From: Thermodesulfobacteriota bacterium
Lineage (GTDB): Bacteria > Desulfobacterota_D > UBA1144 > Nemesobacterales > UBA2774
Length of the DNA: 64,000 nt
Assembly (NCBI GenBank): GCA_965216785.1
Contig: OZ244197.1
Location: forward strand, 768,001 to 832,000
Direction of reading: 5' to 3'
A model generated the notes under the pieces. The model saw nothing but the letters and a program-made list of their open reading frames with translations, was not told where the DNA came from and ran no database searches. Positions 1 to 10,470 of this stretch are shown here, one piece after another (position 1 is the stretch's first letter; the number at the start of each line of letters is the position of its first letter). A program made the position numbers and the translations under genes.

Positions 1-146
1 TCACAGATCAAGCTGCCCATATTGTCCTCGCTCAATTTCCCGAGGGGTTTTAAATGGCTTCGAATAAGCCTCCGCACTTCGGTTTCATACCCCGGGATAC
101 CGTGGGCTTCAGTTAATTCCTTTAGCAGGCTTTGGGTCTTGTCCAT
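1..146 (-). CDS. M42 family metallopeptidase (aminopeptidase/endoglucanase), N-terminal part; runs off the window
   Basis: Manual translation MDKTQSLLKELTEAHGIPGYETEVRRLIRSHLKPLGKLSEDNMGSLIC matches the M42 N-terminus (GxxGxE ... DxxGNxI). SD AAGGAG upstream. Confidence 0.8.
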   Translation of the reverse strand, partial: MDKTQSLLKELTEAHGIPGYETEVRRLIRSHLKPLGKLSEDNMGSLIC

Positions 147-325
147 ATCAAATGCTCCTTAATGTCATTGTAATTTATAAACCGGATCGGCTGTTGCTTT
201 AAGATAACCAATCAAATGAATCACTGCCACTGTAATTTCTTGTAAACAATATCCGAACGCTGTATTATTCGACTTGGAAGGCTAAAACGTATTAGTAAAA
301 TACATGTGAGAGATAGGAGAATACT

Positions 326-736
326 ATGAGACGTTATTCACTACTTTACAGCTTTATTTTTACGGTATTGATCGCGGGAATTGCTCTTGCAGATGAGGAT
401 CCGATTATTTTTTACGATTCTTTTCTAAAGGTATCTACCAACGCAAAGTCTATTGACGAGTTAAAACCGTATTTATCTCAAAAAAACCTGAATGAAATGG
501 GTCAGGTATCAAAAGAAGACGAGGCCTTCTTTTTAGAATTCATGCAGGAAACCCGCCGTACAATGAAAAGAAAAAGCATATCTAAAAAAGTGGAAGGAGA
601 TAAAGCTACGCTTACAATAGAGGCCGTAAGCACAATAGACAACACACCGATCGACGGCACCGCTATACTCGTCAAAGAAAATGGATCTTGGAAAATAGAT
701 AGTGAAGACTTCACGTCAAATATTGTAGTAGAGTAA
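326..736 (+). CDS. Secreted hypothetical protein (DUF4878/NTF2-like)
   Basis: Signal peptide ending ALA; C-terminal LVKENGSWKI strand motif; SD AGGAG. Confidence 0.65.
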   Translation: MRRYSLLYSFIFTVLIAGIALADEDPIIFYDSFLKVSTNAKSIDELKPYLSQKNLNEMGQVSKEDEAFFLEFMQETRRTMKRKSISKKVEGDKATLTIEAVSTIDNTPIDGTAILVKENGSWKIDSEDFTSNIVVE

Positions 737-822
737 TTAACAAGTAACCAGGTGAAGAGACGAAATGGCGGCTGCAGTACCGTGTTTAAATAAAGCGACT
801 TAAGCTCCATTTATAAAATATT

Positions 823-1242
823 ATGACAGTTATAACAAAAGGTATAAGGTTTGAGACCATGGGCGAGACGGACGTGATAGACATCACGGCGGATGTGGCC
901 GCGGCTGTGCGTGATGGAGATATATCATCCGGAACAGTCACTGTATTTGTCCCGGGGTCAACTGCGGGAGTTACGACAATAGAATTTGAGGAAGGTGCTG
1001 TAAGGGACTACCAGGAAGCTCTGGACAGGATAGCTCCAAGAGGCATTCACTACCATCATGACGCAAGATGGGGAGACGGGAACGGATACTCCCATGTGAG
1101 AGCCGCTCTTCAGGGAGCCTCTCTAACAGTGCCGTTTTCATCCGGAAGGCTTCTGCTCGGCACATGGCAGCAGATTATAGTCGTGGACTTCGACAACAGA
1201 CCCCGCTCAAGAGAAATAGTGCTGCAAATAATAGGGGAATGA
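823..1242 (+). CDS. yjbQ: YjbQ/UPF0047 family protein
   Basis: GSTAGVTTIE, NGYSH, LGTWQQI and DFDNRPRSR motifs. Confidence 0.9.
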   Translation: MTVITKGIRFETMGETDVIDITADVAAAVRDGDISSGTVTVFVPGSTAGVTTIEFEEGAVRDYQEALDRIAPRGIHYHHDARWGDGNGYSHVRAALQGASLTVPFSSGRLLLGTWQQIIVVDFDNRPRSREIVLQIIGE

Positions 1243-1248
1243 ATTAGA

Positions 1249-1267
1249 GACGGCCCGTGAGGCCGTC
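1249..1267. terminator. Hairpin between convergent genes (probable bidirectional terminator)
   Basis: GACGGCC-cgtga-GGCCGTC between the yjbQ and npdG stop codons. Confidence 0.6.
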
Positions 1268-1277
1268 CCTAAAAGTT

Positions 1278-1937
1278 TTATTTAAATTTTACCGAGAAAT
1301 GCTGTTTATGCTTAACGTTTAAATTTACGATAAGCGGCGTAATCGCCTCGATCATGGAAGAGAGTTTTAACGGCCCCGCGTCCAGCACCCTCATGTTGGG
1401 CATATCTTCAGTAAGCTTAGTTATTACTTCCTTGGCTTCCTCGTCATCCCCGCATATTACCACATCGTAATCGAGCTCCTGCTCGATCTTACTCAGCTCC
1501 TTAGCCGGCAGGTTATGATACGCGGAAACAAGCTTTACCGTATCCGGCAGTGCTTCTTTGATCTCAAGCGCCGAAGAGCCGTGAGGAGGGGGGTTGAAAA
1601 CAAAACTCTTATCCTCATGCCTATCCATCGCTACCACGGGAGTTACAACAATCTGATCCGTGAAGCTGTCACTTATTTGCCTCACAGTATCTGCAGCATA
1701 CTCCGGGGGGATGCTTATTATCACAACTTCCGCTTCCTTGGCAGCATCTGCGTTTGGCATACCCTGAATATTTGATTCTACCCCGAGCTCATTTAGTTTC
1801 TCTATATACTCATTCGCAATCCCTTTTGCCTTCTCGTCACTCCTGGAACCTATAAAAATATCGTGTCCCGCTTTAGACCATCTAAGCACGAGTCCTTCTG
1901 CAATGTCTCCGGTGCCTCCTAATAATGCTATCTTCAT
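1278..1937 (-). CDS. npdG: NADPH-dependent F420 reductase (F420H2:NADP+ oxidoreductase)
   Basis: MKIALLGGTG, IGSR, SAYHNLPA, DVVICGDD and LDAGPL motifs of the Fno/NpdG family. Confidence 0.85.
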   Translation of the reverse strand: MKIALLGGTGDIAEGLVLRWSKAGHDIFIGSRSDEKAKGIANEYIEKLNELGVESNIQGMPNADAAKEAEVVIISIPPEYAADTVRQISDSFTDQIVVTPVVAMDRHEDKSFVFNPPPHGSSALEIKEALPDTVKLVSAYHNLPAKELSKIEQELDYDVVICGDDEEAKEVITKLTEDMPNMRVLDAGPLKLSSMIEAITPLIVNLNVKHKQHFSVKFK

Positions 1938-2072
1938 TTTATTCTCCTATATTCGTAAAAGTTCCATTTAGTTTAACAAAATAGAGTGTCTAGTAAAGCT
2001 ACCGCTGTGAGGATTCTATTTATCGGCATTAAAGAGAAATAATATTCAGCGGTACAAAATACAAAGATCTAA

Positions 2073-2603
2073 TCAAAACTTCGTTTTAAAATAAAGGAAG
2101 AGAGAGAAGCTTTCTTCGTTAAAAAAGCTGTCCTCGGTCTCCAAATCGGCGTCAGGCAGGGCAACAAACGGCAAGACCCCCCCGTAGAGAATGGTGTCCC
2201 CCGAGTTGAATTTCTGAAAGTCTATATTCTCCTCATCAACAAACATGACCCCGGGATCAGGCAGGATTTTAGTTCTGTCGGTTGAATAATCGACCTCTTT
2301 ATTCTCTTCAACAAACGGGGCAGGCTGATTTACATCCGCCTCTTCCGCTACCACGTAAGTAGCGCAATTATCCTTTACTTCGTAGTCTAATAAATCTGAG
2401 GGGTTCATAAACGACGCATTGGGGTTTATCCCGGAAAAAAGAGACGTATCAAATCCCTTGTTAGTCAATAAATAGTAATCATAACAGTAAATTCCCGACG
2501 CTAAACCCGGATCGCCAGCATGCTCTTTGATGTTATCGCCCAGAGCTCCGCCGTATATTGTAAACATTAGTAAGAACGTTAGTGTTGTAAGAAATACCCT
2601 CAT
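2073..2603 (-). CDS. Secreted acidic hypothetical protein
   Basis: Signal peptide; no recognisable domain; ends FSLFLYFKTKF. Confidence 0.55.
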   Translation of the reverse strand: MRVFLTTLTFLLMFTIYGGALGDNIKEHAGDPGLASGIYCYDYYLLTNKGFDTSLFSGINPNASFMNPSDLLDYEVKDNCATYVVAEEADVNQPAPFVEENKEVDYSTDRTKILPDPGVMFVDEENIDFQKFNSGDTILYGGVLPFVALPDADLETEDSFFNEESFSLFLYFKTKF

Positions 2604-2691
2604 CTATACCGCCATCAGACCCTATTAATATATGACCTATACTACATATTAATATAAATGCAGTCGGATGAAATTCAATAGTTAATGATCT

Positions 2692-2973
2692 TTACCGGTA
2701 CTTGTATATGAACTCATTATAGGCCTTTTCATCAATGCCTAATACCCTCAGAGTCTTCAGCTTTGAAATTCTGCCCCGAACTATCTCAACCCCGGATTTG
2801 GGCACTCCGAGAGATTTAGCGATAAACGATATAGCACGCTCATTTGCTTTCCCGTCTACAGGGGGCGCAGCAAGCTTAATCTTAAGCCTGCCATCGTGGA
2901 TACCGACAATTTCATCCCGGGAGGATTTGGGTTGTATTTGTACCTGAATTTCAACTGATTTTTCTCGGGCCAT
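2692..2973 (-). CDS. yggU: DUF167/YggU family protein
   Basis: LKIKLAAPPVDGKAN motif; context with yggT and yggS. Confidence 0.9.
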   Translation of the reverse strand: MAREKSVEIQVQIQPKSSRDEIVGIHDGRLKIKLAAPPVDGKANERAISFIAKSLGVPKSGVEIVRGRISKLKTLRVLGIDEKAYNEFIYKYR

Positions 2974-2977
2974 TCTC

Positions 2978-3277
2978 TTAGAACTGCTGCGCGAACTGCA
3001 TCAGGGATTGAACCAGGAATTGCTTTAGAAATACGATTGCTACGAGTACGAGAATAGGGGAGAGATCGAGGGAGCCGCCTATAGGGGGAATAATTCTTCT
3101 TGCATAACGCAGTACAGGCTCTGTTGCTTGGTAGAGAAAATTAACTATAGGATTATAGGGGTTAGGGCTTACCCAGGAAATAATAGCTCGGGCCACAATT
3201 ATCCACATGTAAACATTAAGTACTATGTCAATCACGGTTACTACTGCGACTAAAAAATTTCCAAATAAAACGTCCAT
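2978..3277 (-). CDS. yggT: YggT family membrane protein
   Basis: ISWVSPNPYNP, TEP and DLSPI motifs. Confidence 0.9.
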   Translation of the reverse strand: MDVLFGNFLVAVVTVIDIVLNVYMWIIVARAIISWVSPNPYNPIVNFLYQATEPVLRYARRIIPPIGGSLDLSPILVLVAIVFLKQFLVQSLMQFAQQF

Positions 3278-4092
3278 TATTTATCCTCCCCGGACAGCTC
3301 TTTTGAGCGCTTTGTAGCAGCTTCGACTGCCGAGATTGTGCTAGAGCGGAAACCGCCCTCTTCCAGTTTGTGTATACCTTCAATAGTGGTTCCGCTCGGG
3401 GACGAAACCTTATCCTTAAACTCAGCCGGATGAGTCTTACCCTCTATTATCATCTTGGCTGTACCATATACAGTCTGTGCCGCAAGCTCGTGCGCCAGAG
3501 CTCTCGGGAGACCCATTTTTACGCCGCCGTCTGACAACGCCTCAATAAATATAGAAACATACGCGGGGCCGCTTCCACTGAGGCCCGTTACCGGATCAAG
3601 CAGACTTTCATCTTCAACTATGTGCGCTATCCCTATTGCCCCAAATACCTCTCTAATTGTAATCTCATCGGCTTCGCTTACATTCTCATTACAGTACAGA
3701 ACTGATGCGCCTTCAAGAACAAGAGCGGGCGTGTTGGGCATAACGCGGACTATCTTTGCCTTTTTTCCCAGGCCCTTGGCAATCTTAGAAACAGGAACAC
3801 CTGCAGCAATTGATACGATAATCTTTTTCGCTGTAACATTTCGCTTCACTTCTGCCAGGATTTTAGGGACCGATTTTGGCTTCACCGCAAGTACCAAGAT
3901 ATCTGACTGGGCGGCAACTTTCTTGTTGTCCTTAAGTGCTTTTATACCGTACGCGGAACTCAAATGATCGAGCCTGGCTTTACTTATATCGCTTGCCGTA
4001 ATCTCGGTCTTCTTGAATTTACCGGTGGATATAAGACCCTTAATAAGTGCCTCGGCCATATTCCCAGCGCCTATGAATCCTATCTTGCTCAT
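3277..4092 (-). CDS. proC: Pyrroline-5-carboxylate reductase (start may be 4107 or 4143)
   Basis: IGFIGAGNMA, VRVMPNTP, TGLSGSGPAY and VSSPSGTT motifs. Confidence 0.95.
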   Translation of the reverse strand: MSKIGFIGAGNMAEALIKGLISTGKFKKTEITASDISKARLDHLSSAYGIKALKDNKKVAAQSDILVLAVKPKSVPKILAEVKRNVTAKKIIVSIAAGVPVSKIAKGLGKKAKIVRVMPNTPALVLEGASVLYCNENVSEADEITIREVFGAIGIAHIVEDESLLDPVTGLSGSGPAYVSIFIEALSDGGVKMGLPRALAHELAAQTVYGTAKMIIEGKTHPAEFKDKVSSPSGTTIEGIHKLEEGGFRSSTISAVEAATKRSKELSGEDK

Positions 4093-4139
4093 GTTTTTAC
4101 GCGACATTCCTTTACAATTAACATCTATTTCATTAACAA

Positions 4140-4829
4140 TCAATCCCTGGGCCCGAAAATAGAAGTACCGACTCTGACTATCGTCGCCCCTTCTTCTATC
4201 GCCACTTCAAAATCGCCGCTCATTCCCATTGACAGCTCTACAAGGCCGGGATGCTCGTCCTTGAGCCTGTCCCTTAGCTCCCTGAGCTCACGAAAGTAAG
4301 GCCTTGCCTGCTCGGGATCATTAAAATATGGGGGCATCGTCATAAGACCCTTTACTTCAAGTGAATCAAGACTGCTCACTTCTTCTAAAAAGCTTTCAAG
4401 CGCCTTTGTTTCTACCCCTCCTTTCGTATCTTCCCCGCCAGTGTGCACTTCAATGAGCACAGCCGCTTTTATCCCCAAGCTCTTGGCTTTTTTATCTATT
4501 TCCTCAGCGACGCTCACAGAATCAAGAGAATGTATAAGCTCGACGCTCCCGATGAGGTATTTGACTTTATTTTTCTGCAGGCTCCCTATGAAATGCCAAT
4601 GAACCCCGGAGCCGGCGCTTTCTTCGACGATTTTTCTTTTATCCCTAAACTCCTGCGCGTAGTTCTCTCCGAAAGTGTCGATTCCAGAGTTAAGAGCCTC
4701 TATTACTCTTCCCGCTTGAACCCTTTTTGAAACCGCAATGAGTCTTATCTCGTCCGGGTCCCTGCCTGCTTTTGACGCAGCTACCCTGATCCTGTCTTTA
4801 ACTTTATTAATATTACTTTTTAAATCCAT
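4140..4829 (-). CDS. yggS: YggS family PLP homeostasis protein
   Basis: AVSK, FGENYAQE, WHFIGSLQKNK and LSMGMSGD motifs. Confidence 0.95.
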   Translation of the reverse strand: MDLKSNINKVKDRIRVAASKAGRDPDEIRLIAVSKRVQAGRVIEALNSGIDTFGENYAQEFRDKRKIVEESAGSGVHWHFIGSLQKNKVKYLIGSVELIHSLDSVSVAEEIDKKAKSLGIKAAVLIEVHTGGEDTKGGVETKALESFLEEVSSLDSLEVKGLMTMPPYFNDPEQARPYFRELRELRDRLKDEHPGLVELSMGMSGDFEVAIEEGATIVRVGTSIFGPRD

Positions 4830-5418
4830 TTACAGAGAAAATATTAAATGCCCCGTGTAATTTGAGCGCCTCCAGCAGCTCGACTAAAGGAAGTCCGACC
4901 ACATTTGTGTAAGAGCCCCTGATCTGCCTTACCATAAACGCGCCGATACCCTGTATTCCGTAGGCGCCCGCTTTATCCATGGGCTCACCCGTCATAATGT
5001 AACCTTGTATTTCAGACGCCGCAAGATTTTTAACACCGACCAAAGTCTCTACGATTTCACTGTGGAGGACCTGAGACTTAGGCTTCACAATGGAAAACGC
5101 GGTCAGCACTCTATGCTCTCTACCCGAAATTTTACGGAGCATCGAGGCGGCATCATTTTCATCGAGGGGTTTGCCCAGAATATCATTACCCACCACTACG
5201 ACCGTATCGGCACCTATCACGACCGTGCCCTCTTCGCATTCCCGGGAAACCGAGAGCGCCTTGTCTTTTGAAAGCCTGAGCGCGAAATCTTCCGCAGACT
5301 CACCCTTTAAATGCGTTTCCTCTGTTTCAGGGGTAATTATCTGAAAGTTGAGACCGACGCTTTCCAAAAGCTCTTTTCGTCTTGGGGAGGAAGAGGCAAG
5401 AATAATATTTACACTCAT
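4813..5418 (-). CDS. maf: Maf family nucleoside triphosphate pyrophosphatase
   Basis: ILASSSPRRKELL, GADTVV, DKAGAYGIQ and NVVGLP motifs. Confidence 0.95.
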   Translation of the reverse strand: MSVNIILASSSPRRKELLESVGLNFQIITPETEETHLKGESAEDFALRLSKDKALSVSRECEEGTVVIGADTVVVVGNDILGKPLDENDAASMLRKISGREHRVLTAFSIVKPKSQVLHSEIVETLVGVKNLAASEIQGYIMTGEPMDKAGAYGIQGIGAFMVRQIRGSYTNVVGLPLVELLEALKLHGAFNIFSVNGFKK

Positions 5419-5455
5419 GTGAGACTATATACCTCTGGCGTTATTGAAGTGAAAA

Positions 5456-6769
5456 TCATTCTTCCGGTTTTTTAGTTCCTCCCCCTGAAAACGGCCATGG
5501 GCCGGGTTTCGGGGGATTATAATTCTTAGGCAGATAATCATCTGGAATATTCTCCGCACCCTCCCTGAAAGCCGTAAGGCTCGGGGAGGCGATTTCGACG
5601 CCTTCTGTGTGAAAGACGTCTTGGATATTCCTGTGCATCTCGTTATATATAACGGCCATTTGTTTGGGCTTCTTGGTATATGCGTTAATTTCATACTCCA
5701 CGTAGTAGTCATCAAGAGAGGTCTGAAGAACAAAAGGCTCGGGCGTTTTATCAATTCCCTCTGTCGCTAAAGCCGCTTCTTTCAATAGTTCATGCACCCG
5801 TCTCCAGGGAACGTCGTAACCTATGGTCACTTTGGTGTGCAGAATGAGACCCTCTCTCTCAGCAAGAGAACTGTAGTTGATTATATGGTTATTAAGCACC
5901 ATGGCGTTGGGGATAGTTATCTCAACGTTTTTAATCGTCCTGATTCTTGTGACAAACATTGTTTTTTCAACCACGTCTCCCGTAGTGTCGGCAATCTGAA
6001 CCCTGTCTCCATTCTTAAATGCCCTCATATACGTTAGCGCTATTCCGGAAACAACATTGGATACGGCTCCCGTTGAGCCAAGCGACACCAGAATTCCGAA
6101 GAAGATCGATACAGCCTGAAAGGCGGGGGATTCCTTACCCGGAAGGTACGGGAATGCCACGATGATGACAAATACGATTATCAGAAAACGGACAATTGTA
6201 AAAGTCGGACCAGCCCAGTCCGGGTAAAAACCCGATAAAGTAATCCTTCCGGCCTCGATTCCTTTAAAAAACAGACCGGCAAGCCTGATAGCGTAGTGTC
6301 CAAATGCAAATATCACAATCAGTGTGAGCAGGTTTGGTATGTAGTTCCAAATCGCTCGCAGCACAAATCCTACGGCGTTTAAGAAATGGGCAAATAGAGT
6401 AGTCGATATCCCTTCCGTCTCGGGAAAAAAGCTGAAAATAATATTTACGTACAGATAAAAGATAATGATGTAAGCTAGATAACGGAGCCATTTAAATAAT
6501 TTCCGTATAGCCCAGTTTATCTGGTCTCCTGTCAGGAGCTGCTGGTTCTGGAGCTTAAACCCGCCCATGTTCTCAATGTGGAGGCTGAGTATTCTCCTTT
6601 GTATCCATGAGGTTACTCCCTTAACGATGAGAAATGCCGTCAAAGCCAGAACGGTGGCAACGATGGCAGTGATAATTAGTAATGCAATACCACTGAGCTC
6701 GATACCAGGCATGAGCCGAGCGATTATGTCAGCAAGGATTTCGTTAAAAGCGCTAACGTGCTTATTCAT
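5456..6769 (-). CDS. MscS family mechanosensitive channel
   Basis: Multiple TM helices; F..GDRVQI, ITIPN and IGYDVPW motifs. Confidence 0.9.
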   Translation of the reverse strand: MNKHVSAFNEILADIIARLMPGIELSGIALLIITAIVATVLALTAFLIVKGVTSWIQRRILSLHIENMGGFKLQNQQLLTGDQINWAIRKLFKWLRYLAYIIIFYLYVNIIFSFFPETEGISTTLFAHFLNAVGFVLRAIWNYIPNLLTLIVIFAFGHYAIRLAGLFFKGIEAGRITLSGFYPDWAGPTFTIVRFLIIVFVIIVAFPYLPGKESPAFQAVSIFFGILVSLGSTGAVSNVVSGIALTYMRAFKNGDRVQIADTTGDVVEKTMFVTRIRTIKNVEITIPNAMVLNNHIINYSSLAEREGLILHTKVTIGYDVPWRRVHELLKEAALATEGIDKTPEPFVLQTSLDDYYVEYEINAYTKKPKQMAVIYNEMHRNIQDVFHTEGVEIASPSLTAFREGAENIPDDYLPKNYNPPKPGPWPFSGGGTKKPEE

Positions 6770-6854
6770 CTATATAAACTGCCCATAAAACATTTTCTAT
6801 ATTAACTTTTAATTGCAACTTACATTAAAAGAAGCCGGGACATAGTAAAGATAC

Positions 6855-7430
6855 TTATGGATTGTTTAGCTCTTGGTCAATCCAGTACTTTGAGGCCCCA
6901 ACCGTAGCCCTGAGCGCTATACCGTCCTGAGTCATCTGTATTACGACAACATCTGAATTCAGTGGTACTTCCCCACCGGTGGCGCCGCCCGTGTCGTCGT
7001 ACTTTAGTGCCGCATCGCCCTGAGCGCCGTAATTCCAGCCCTCGGTCACGAATTGATAAAACACCTCTTTGTTGTTAAAGATAATTACTTCCCTGAAGTC
7101 CTTTAGCGCTACCCCTAAACCGACTCCTCCCTCTGCCATCTTCATATAGATCTCGTCACCGTTTGAATTATCCGTAACAACACCGTAGCCATTCCCCGAA
7201 CCTACTACCAAGAGCTGAGTGTTAAAATTACTAAATACTCCGTAACCAACCGACTGCTTGATCAAATCTCTTGCAAAAGGTTTCTTTGCATAAAGCTCAG
7301 CCAGAGTGTCGTTCTTCATCTGCTGAACGAAGTCTCTTTTCTGCTGCGGGGTATCCCCTTTGGGACGGGCACAACCGTAAATAACGGTTATTACTAATAG
7401 CAAGGGCAACAATTTTATACATAATCTCAT
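6855..7430 (-). CDS. YSC84/SYLF-domain lipoprotein
   Basis: Lipobox IYGC; GSGNGYGVV and GGVGLG motifs. Confidence 0.75.
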   Translation of the reverse strand: MRLCIKLLPLLLVITVIYGCARPKGDTPQQKRDFVQQMKNDTLAELYAKKPFARDLIKQSVGYGVFSNFNTQLLVVGSGNGYGVVTDNSNGDEIYMKMAEGGVGLGVALKDFREVIIFNNKEVFYQFVTEGWNYGAQGDAALKYDDTGGATGGEVPLNSDVVVIQMTQDGIALRATVGASKYWIDQELNNP

Positions 7431-7639
7431 AATAGCCTCCGTAATTTCTTATTCGAACAAGCCAATTTTAGATTCAACAATAATCAATTATATCAAACTT
7501 GGGGAAATTCAGCCATCCGTATGAGCTAAGTATGCACATTTTTTTAGGATTTTAATATATATATTGGCTAAATCGTAATAAAAGGCTTATAATGATTTCA
7601 ATTTACGCTTTCCATGAGTATACAATGTCCGAATAGAAA

Positions 7640-8995
7640 ATGTACGAAAAAAAGACAAGCCTATTAGTAATACTCTCTTCCATCATAGCCGCCCTCGCGG
7701 GTTTACTCGCAGGTTTCGACACAGGGGTCATAAGCGGAGCGCTTGAGTTTATAGCGCACTCGTTCAAGCTGGGCACTGTCGGGAAAGAAGCTGTGGTCTC
7801 AATGGTACTGGTGGGCGGGGTATTCGGCGCGCTACTAAACGGGGCTCTGGCCGACAGAATGGGACGAAAAAATATGGTACTCTCGGCTGCGGTGCTTTAT
7901 ATCATGGGCTCCTTAGGCTCTGCGTTTTCTCCGGAACCCATAACACTTCAGGTATCTAGGTTTGTACTCGGCCTCGCCATAGGGGGCGCTTCAGCATCGG
8001 CTCCGCTATATATCGCCGAGGTATCCCCCGCAAGTATCAGGGGAAGCCTTGTAACACTTTTTCAGCTTGCAATCACTGTAGGGATATTGGGGGCATACTT
8101 CATTGATCTTGCTTTTACCTCTAGCGGGAATTGGAGGTTTATGCTCGGAAGCAGCGTAATACCCGCGGTTCTTCTACTAGCCGGAATGGTATTCCTGCCC
8201 AACAGCCCGAGATGGCTGATCAAGACGGGAAAAACCGAGAAAGCGCACGACATACTTACCAGGATATATAGCGGCGACAGCGCCGAGGCCGAAAGAGAGA
8301 TCAAAGACATAAAAGAAGTGCTGACTATCGAATCAAAAGGGAGCTTCGGCGAGCTTTTCAAATCCCCGGTAAGCAGCGCGTTATTTATTGCCGTCGGGCT
8401 TTTTATAGTGCAGCAGTTCGTTGGGATAAATACGGTCATATACTACGCACCGAGCATTTTTAAAGAAGCCGGCATGGAATCCGCGAAAGCAGATATATGG
8501 GCAACCGTGAGTGTTGGCACCGTGAATGTTCTAGCAACATTTATAGCTATCTGGCTTATCGACAAAGTAGGCAGAAAGCCGCTCATGTACGCGGGGCTCA
8601 TCGGGATGGCGCTTTCGCTCACGGGGCTTGGAGTAGCATTTCTTACAGAGCACGGGCCGGGCAGCGAAATCGGGAACATCACAGTGGCCGCCCTTTGGAT
8701 TTATATCGCGTGTTTTGCCTTTTCGCTCGGACCCATACCGTGGCTTATGATGACGGAGATATTTCCTTTAAACGTAAGGGGCCAGGCAGTCAGCATCGCC
8801 ACAATGACGAGCTGGGGATGCAATTTAATCGTATCATTCACCTTTCTGTCGCTACTTAAGGCTATCGGGCCTTCTTATACTTTCTGGCTTTACGGACTTG
8901 TAGCAATTATCGGATTTATATTCGTATGGACAAAAGTGCCTGAAACAAAAGGGAAGTCGCTTGAAGAGATCGAGGAGAAGTTTAGAAAGGGATAA
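7640..8995 (+). CDS. Sugar porter family MFS transporter
   Basis: GFDTGVISG, DRMGRK, YIAE, PNSPRWL, QQFVGINTVIYY and PETKGKSLEEI motifs. Confidence 0.95.
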   Translation: MYEKKTSLLVILSSIIAALAGLLAGFDTGVISGALEFIAHSFKLGTVGKEAVVSMVLVGGVFGALLNGALADRMGRKNMVLSAAVLYIMGSLGSAFSPEPITLQVSRFVLGLAIGGASASAPLYIAEVSPASIRGSLVTLFQLAITVGILGAYFIDLAFTSSGNWRFMLGSSVIPAVLLLAGMVFLPNSPRWLIKTGKTEKAHDILTRIYSGDSAEAEREIKDIKEVLTIESKGSFGELFKSPVSSALFIAVGLFIVQQFVGINTVIYYAPSIFKEAGMESAKADIWATVSVGTVNVLATFIAIWLIDKVGRKPLMYAGLIGMALSLTGLGVAFLTEHGPGSEIGNITVAALWIYIACFAFSLGPIPWLMMTEIFPLNVRGQAVSIATMTSWGCNLIVSFTFLSLLKAIGPSYTFWLYGLVAIIGFIFVWTKVPETKGKSLEEIEEKFRKG

Positions 8996-8996
8996 T

Positions 8997-10463
8997 ATGA
9001 ACAATAGAGGAGATAGGGGATTAATTGCTTTAATCGTACCAATAATCGTATTGCTGATTCATGCTATTACAGTGAAATGCGAAGAGCCGCCTGACACCCT
9101 TAACGCCGATTCGGGCGTTTTGGAACCAATCCAATATGATGAAAACACGCCCGATTATATACGTGACATGAATCCTGAAACAGTGCTGCTCTACCAGAAT
9201 CATCCATCGATAAGGGAGTTCCCTGATACTTTTATAGAGAATAATGAAAAATCCTTTTGGAAAAGGAAATTCCTGACAGGCGACTGGGGCGGCCTGCGCA
9301 CGAGGCTCAACAATAAGGGCGTAGTCCCTACGCTAACATATGTCGCCGATATTCAGGGAAACCCGGTCGGGGGCGCGAGGCAGGGGTTTAAATACTTTCA
9401 CAATATCGGGCTGGATTTGATTATTCACACGGAGAAGCTGATAGGGCTTAAAGGCGGCAGGTTCCACGTCTCGGTATCTCAAAGGAGCGGAGAAAGCCTT
9501 ACGCACAGGGATATAAAGAACACTTTTAATGTAGCTCAGGTTTGCTGCGGCGATACATATAAGCTCGTTAACCTTAGCTACGAGCAGGCGCTATTTGATG
9601 AAAAACTCAATATAAGACTCGGAAGGATATCAGGCGGAGACGAGTTTCTCTCATCACCCCTGTACTGGCTCTTCGTTCAGAACGGAATAGACGGAAACCC
9701 GGTCGGCATATTCTTTAACGCCGGTTTTTCGGCATACCCAAACGCCACCTGGGGCGTCAGGGTCAAATCGCATCCGACCAAGAATTTCTATATCATGGCA
9801 GGGGCGTATAACGCAAACCAGGAAAGAATAAAAAACAGTAATCACGGCGCCGACTTTACATTTGACGGACCGTACTTTTTCATCGCCGAAACAGGGTATC
9901 ACTTAAACGGTCTTTTAAGCCAGAGAGGGCTTCCAGGCAACTATAAAATCGGGGGGTATCACCAGAGCGGAGACTATCAGATATTCTCTGATCCCGATAG
10001 GACTAAAAACGGGAAGTGGGGATTTTACGTTCTAGTAGACCAGATGATTTACCGCGAGAAAGGAGGTCACGGCATAATCGCCGATCAGGGGCTTACGCCC
10101 TTCGCCGCGTTTCTGTTCGCCCCCGACGATGAGATAAACTCAATACCGTTTTTCATGAATGGCGGGCTCGTTTACAAAGGGCTCATTCCCGGCCGTGACC
10201 AAGACTATGCGGGCTTCGCGCTTATATATGGGAAGTTCACCGACAAGATGAATCAGGATATGGCGCAAGCCACATCGTTCGAGCTGACAGATAACCCCAT
10301 GCGTCCAAAGGACTTTGAGGCTGTATTAGAGTGGATGTACAAGATTCAGATTACCCAGTGGCTTAACATACAGCCCGACGTTCAGTACGTGATTAAACCC
10401 GGCGGCACAGGAGATATAGATAACGCCCTTGTGCTCGGGTTCCAGCTCGGTGTTTCAATGTAA
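8997..10463 (+). CDS. Carbohydrate-selective porin, OprB family
   Basis: LTGDWGGLRT.L N-terminal motif; QPDVQYVIKPGG C-terminal motif. Confidence 0.9.
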   Translation: MNNRGDRGLIALIVPIIVLLIHAITVKCEEPPDTLNADSGVLEPIQYDENTPDYIRDMNPETVLLYQNHPSIREFPDTFIENNEKSFWKRKFLTGDWGGLRTRLNNKGVVPTLTYVADIQGNPVGGARQGFKYFHNIGLDLIIHTEKLIGLKGGRFHVSVSQRSGESLTHRDIKNTFNVAQVCCGDTYKLVNLSYEQALFDEKLNIRLGRISGGDEFLSSPLYWLFVQNGIDGNPVGIFFNAGFSAYPNATWGVRVKSHPTKNFYIMAGAYNANQERIKNSNHGADFTFDGPYFFIAETGYHLNGLLSQRGLPGNYKIGGYHQSGDYQIFSDPDRTKNGKWGFYVLVDQMIYREKGGHGIIADQGLTPFAAFLFAPDDEINSIPFFMNGGLVYKGLIPGRDQDYAGFALIYGKFTDKMNQDMAQATSFELTDNPMRPKDFEAVLEWMYKIQITQWLNIQPDVQYVIKPGGTGDIDNALVLGFQLGVSM

Positions 10464-10470
10464 GCTGTGG

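Noticed and set aside
175-290. Fragments resembling a cobalamin riboswitch (GCCACTGTAA, GGAAGGC)
   Set aside because: No AGGGAA/P4-P6 core or B12 box, no consistent pairing, and the downstream gene is unrelated.
2692-5418. yggS-proC-yggT-yggU cluster lacking divIVA
   Set aside because: Ordinary variation of a conserved cluster; no remnant visible.
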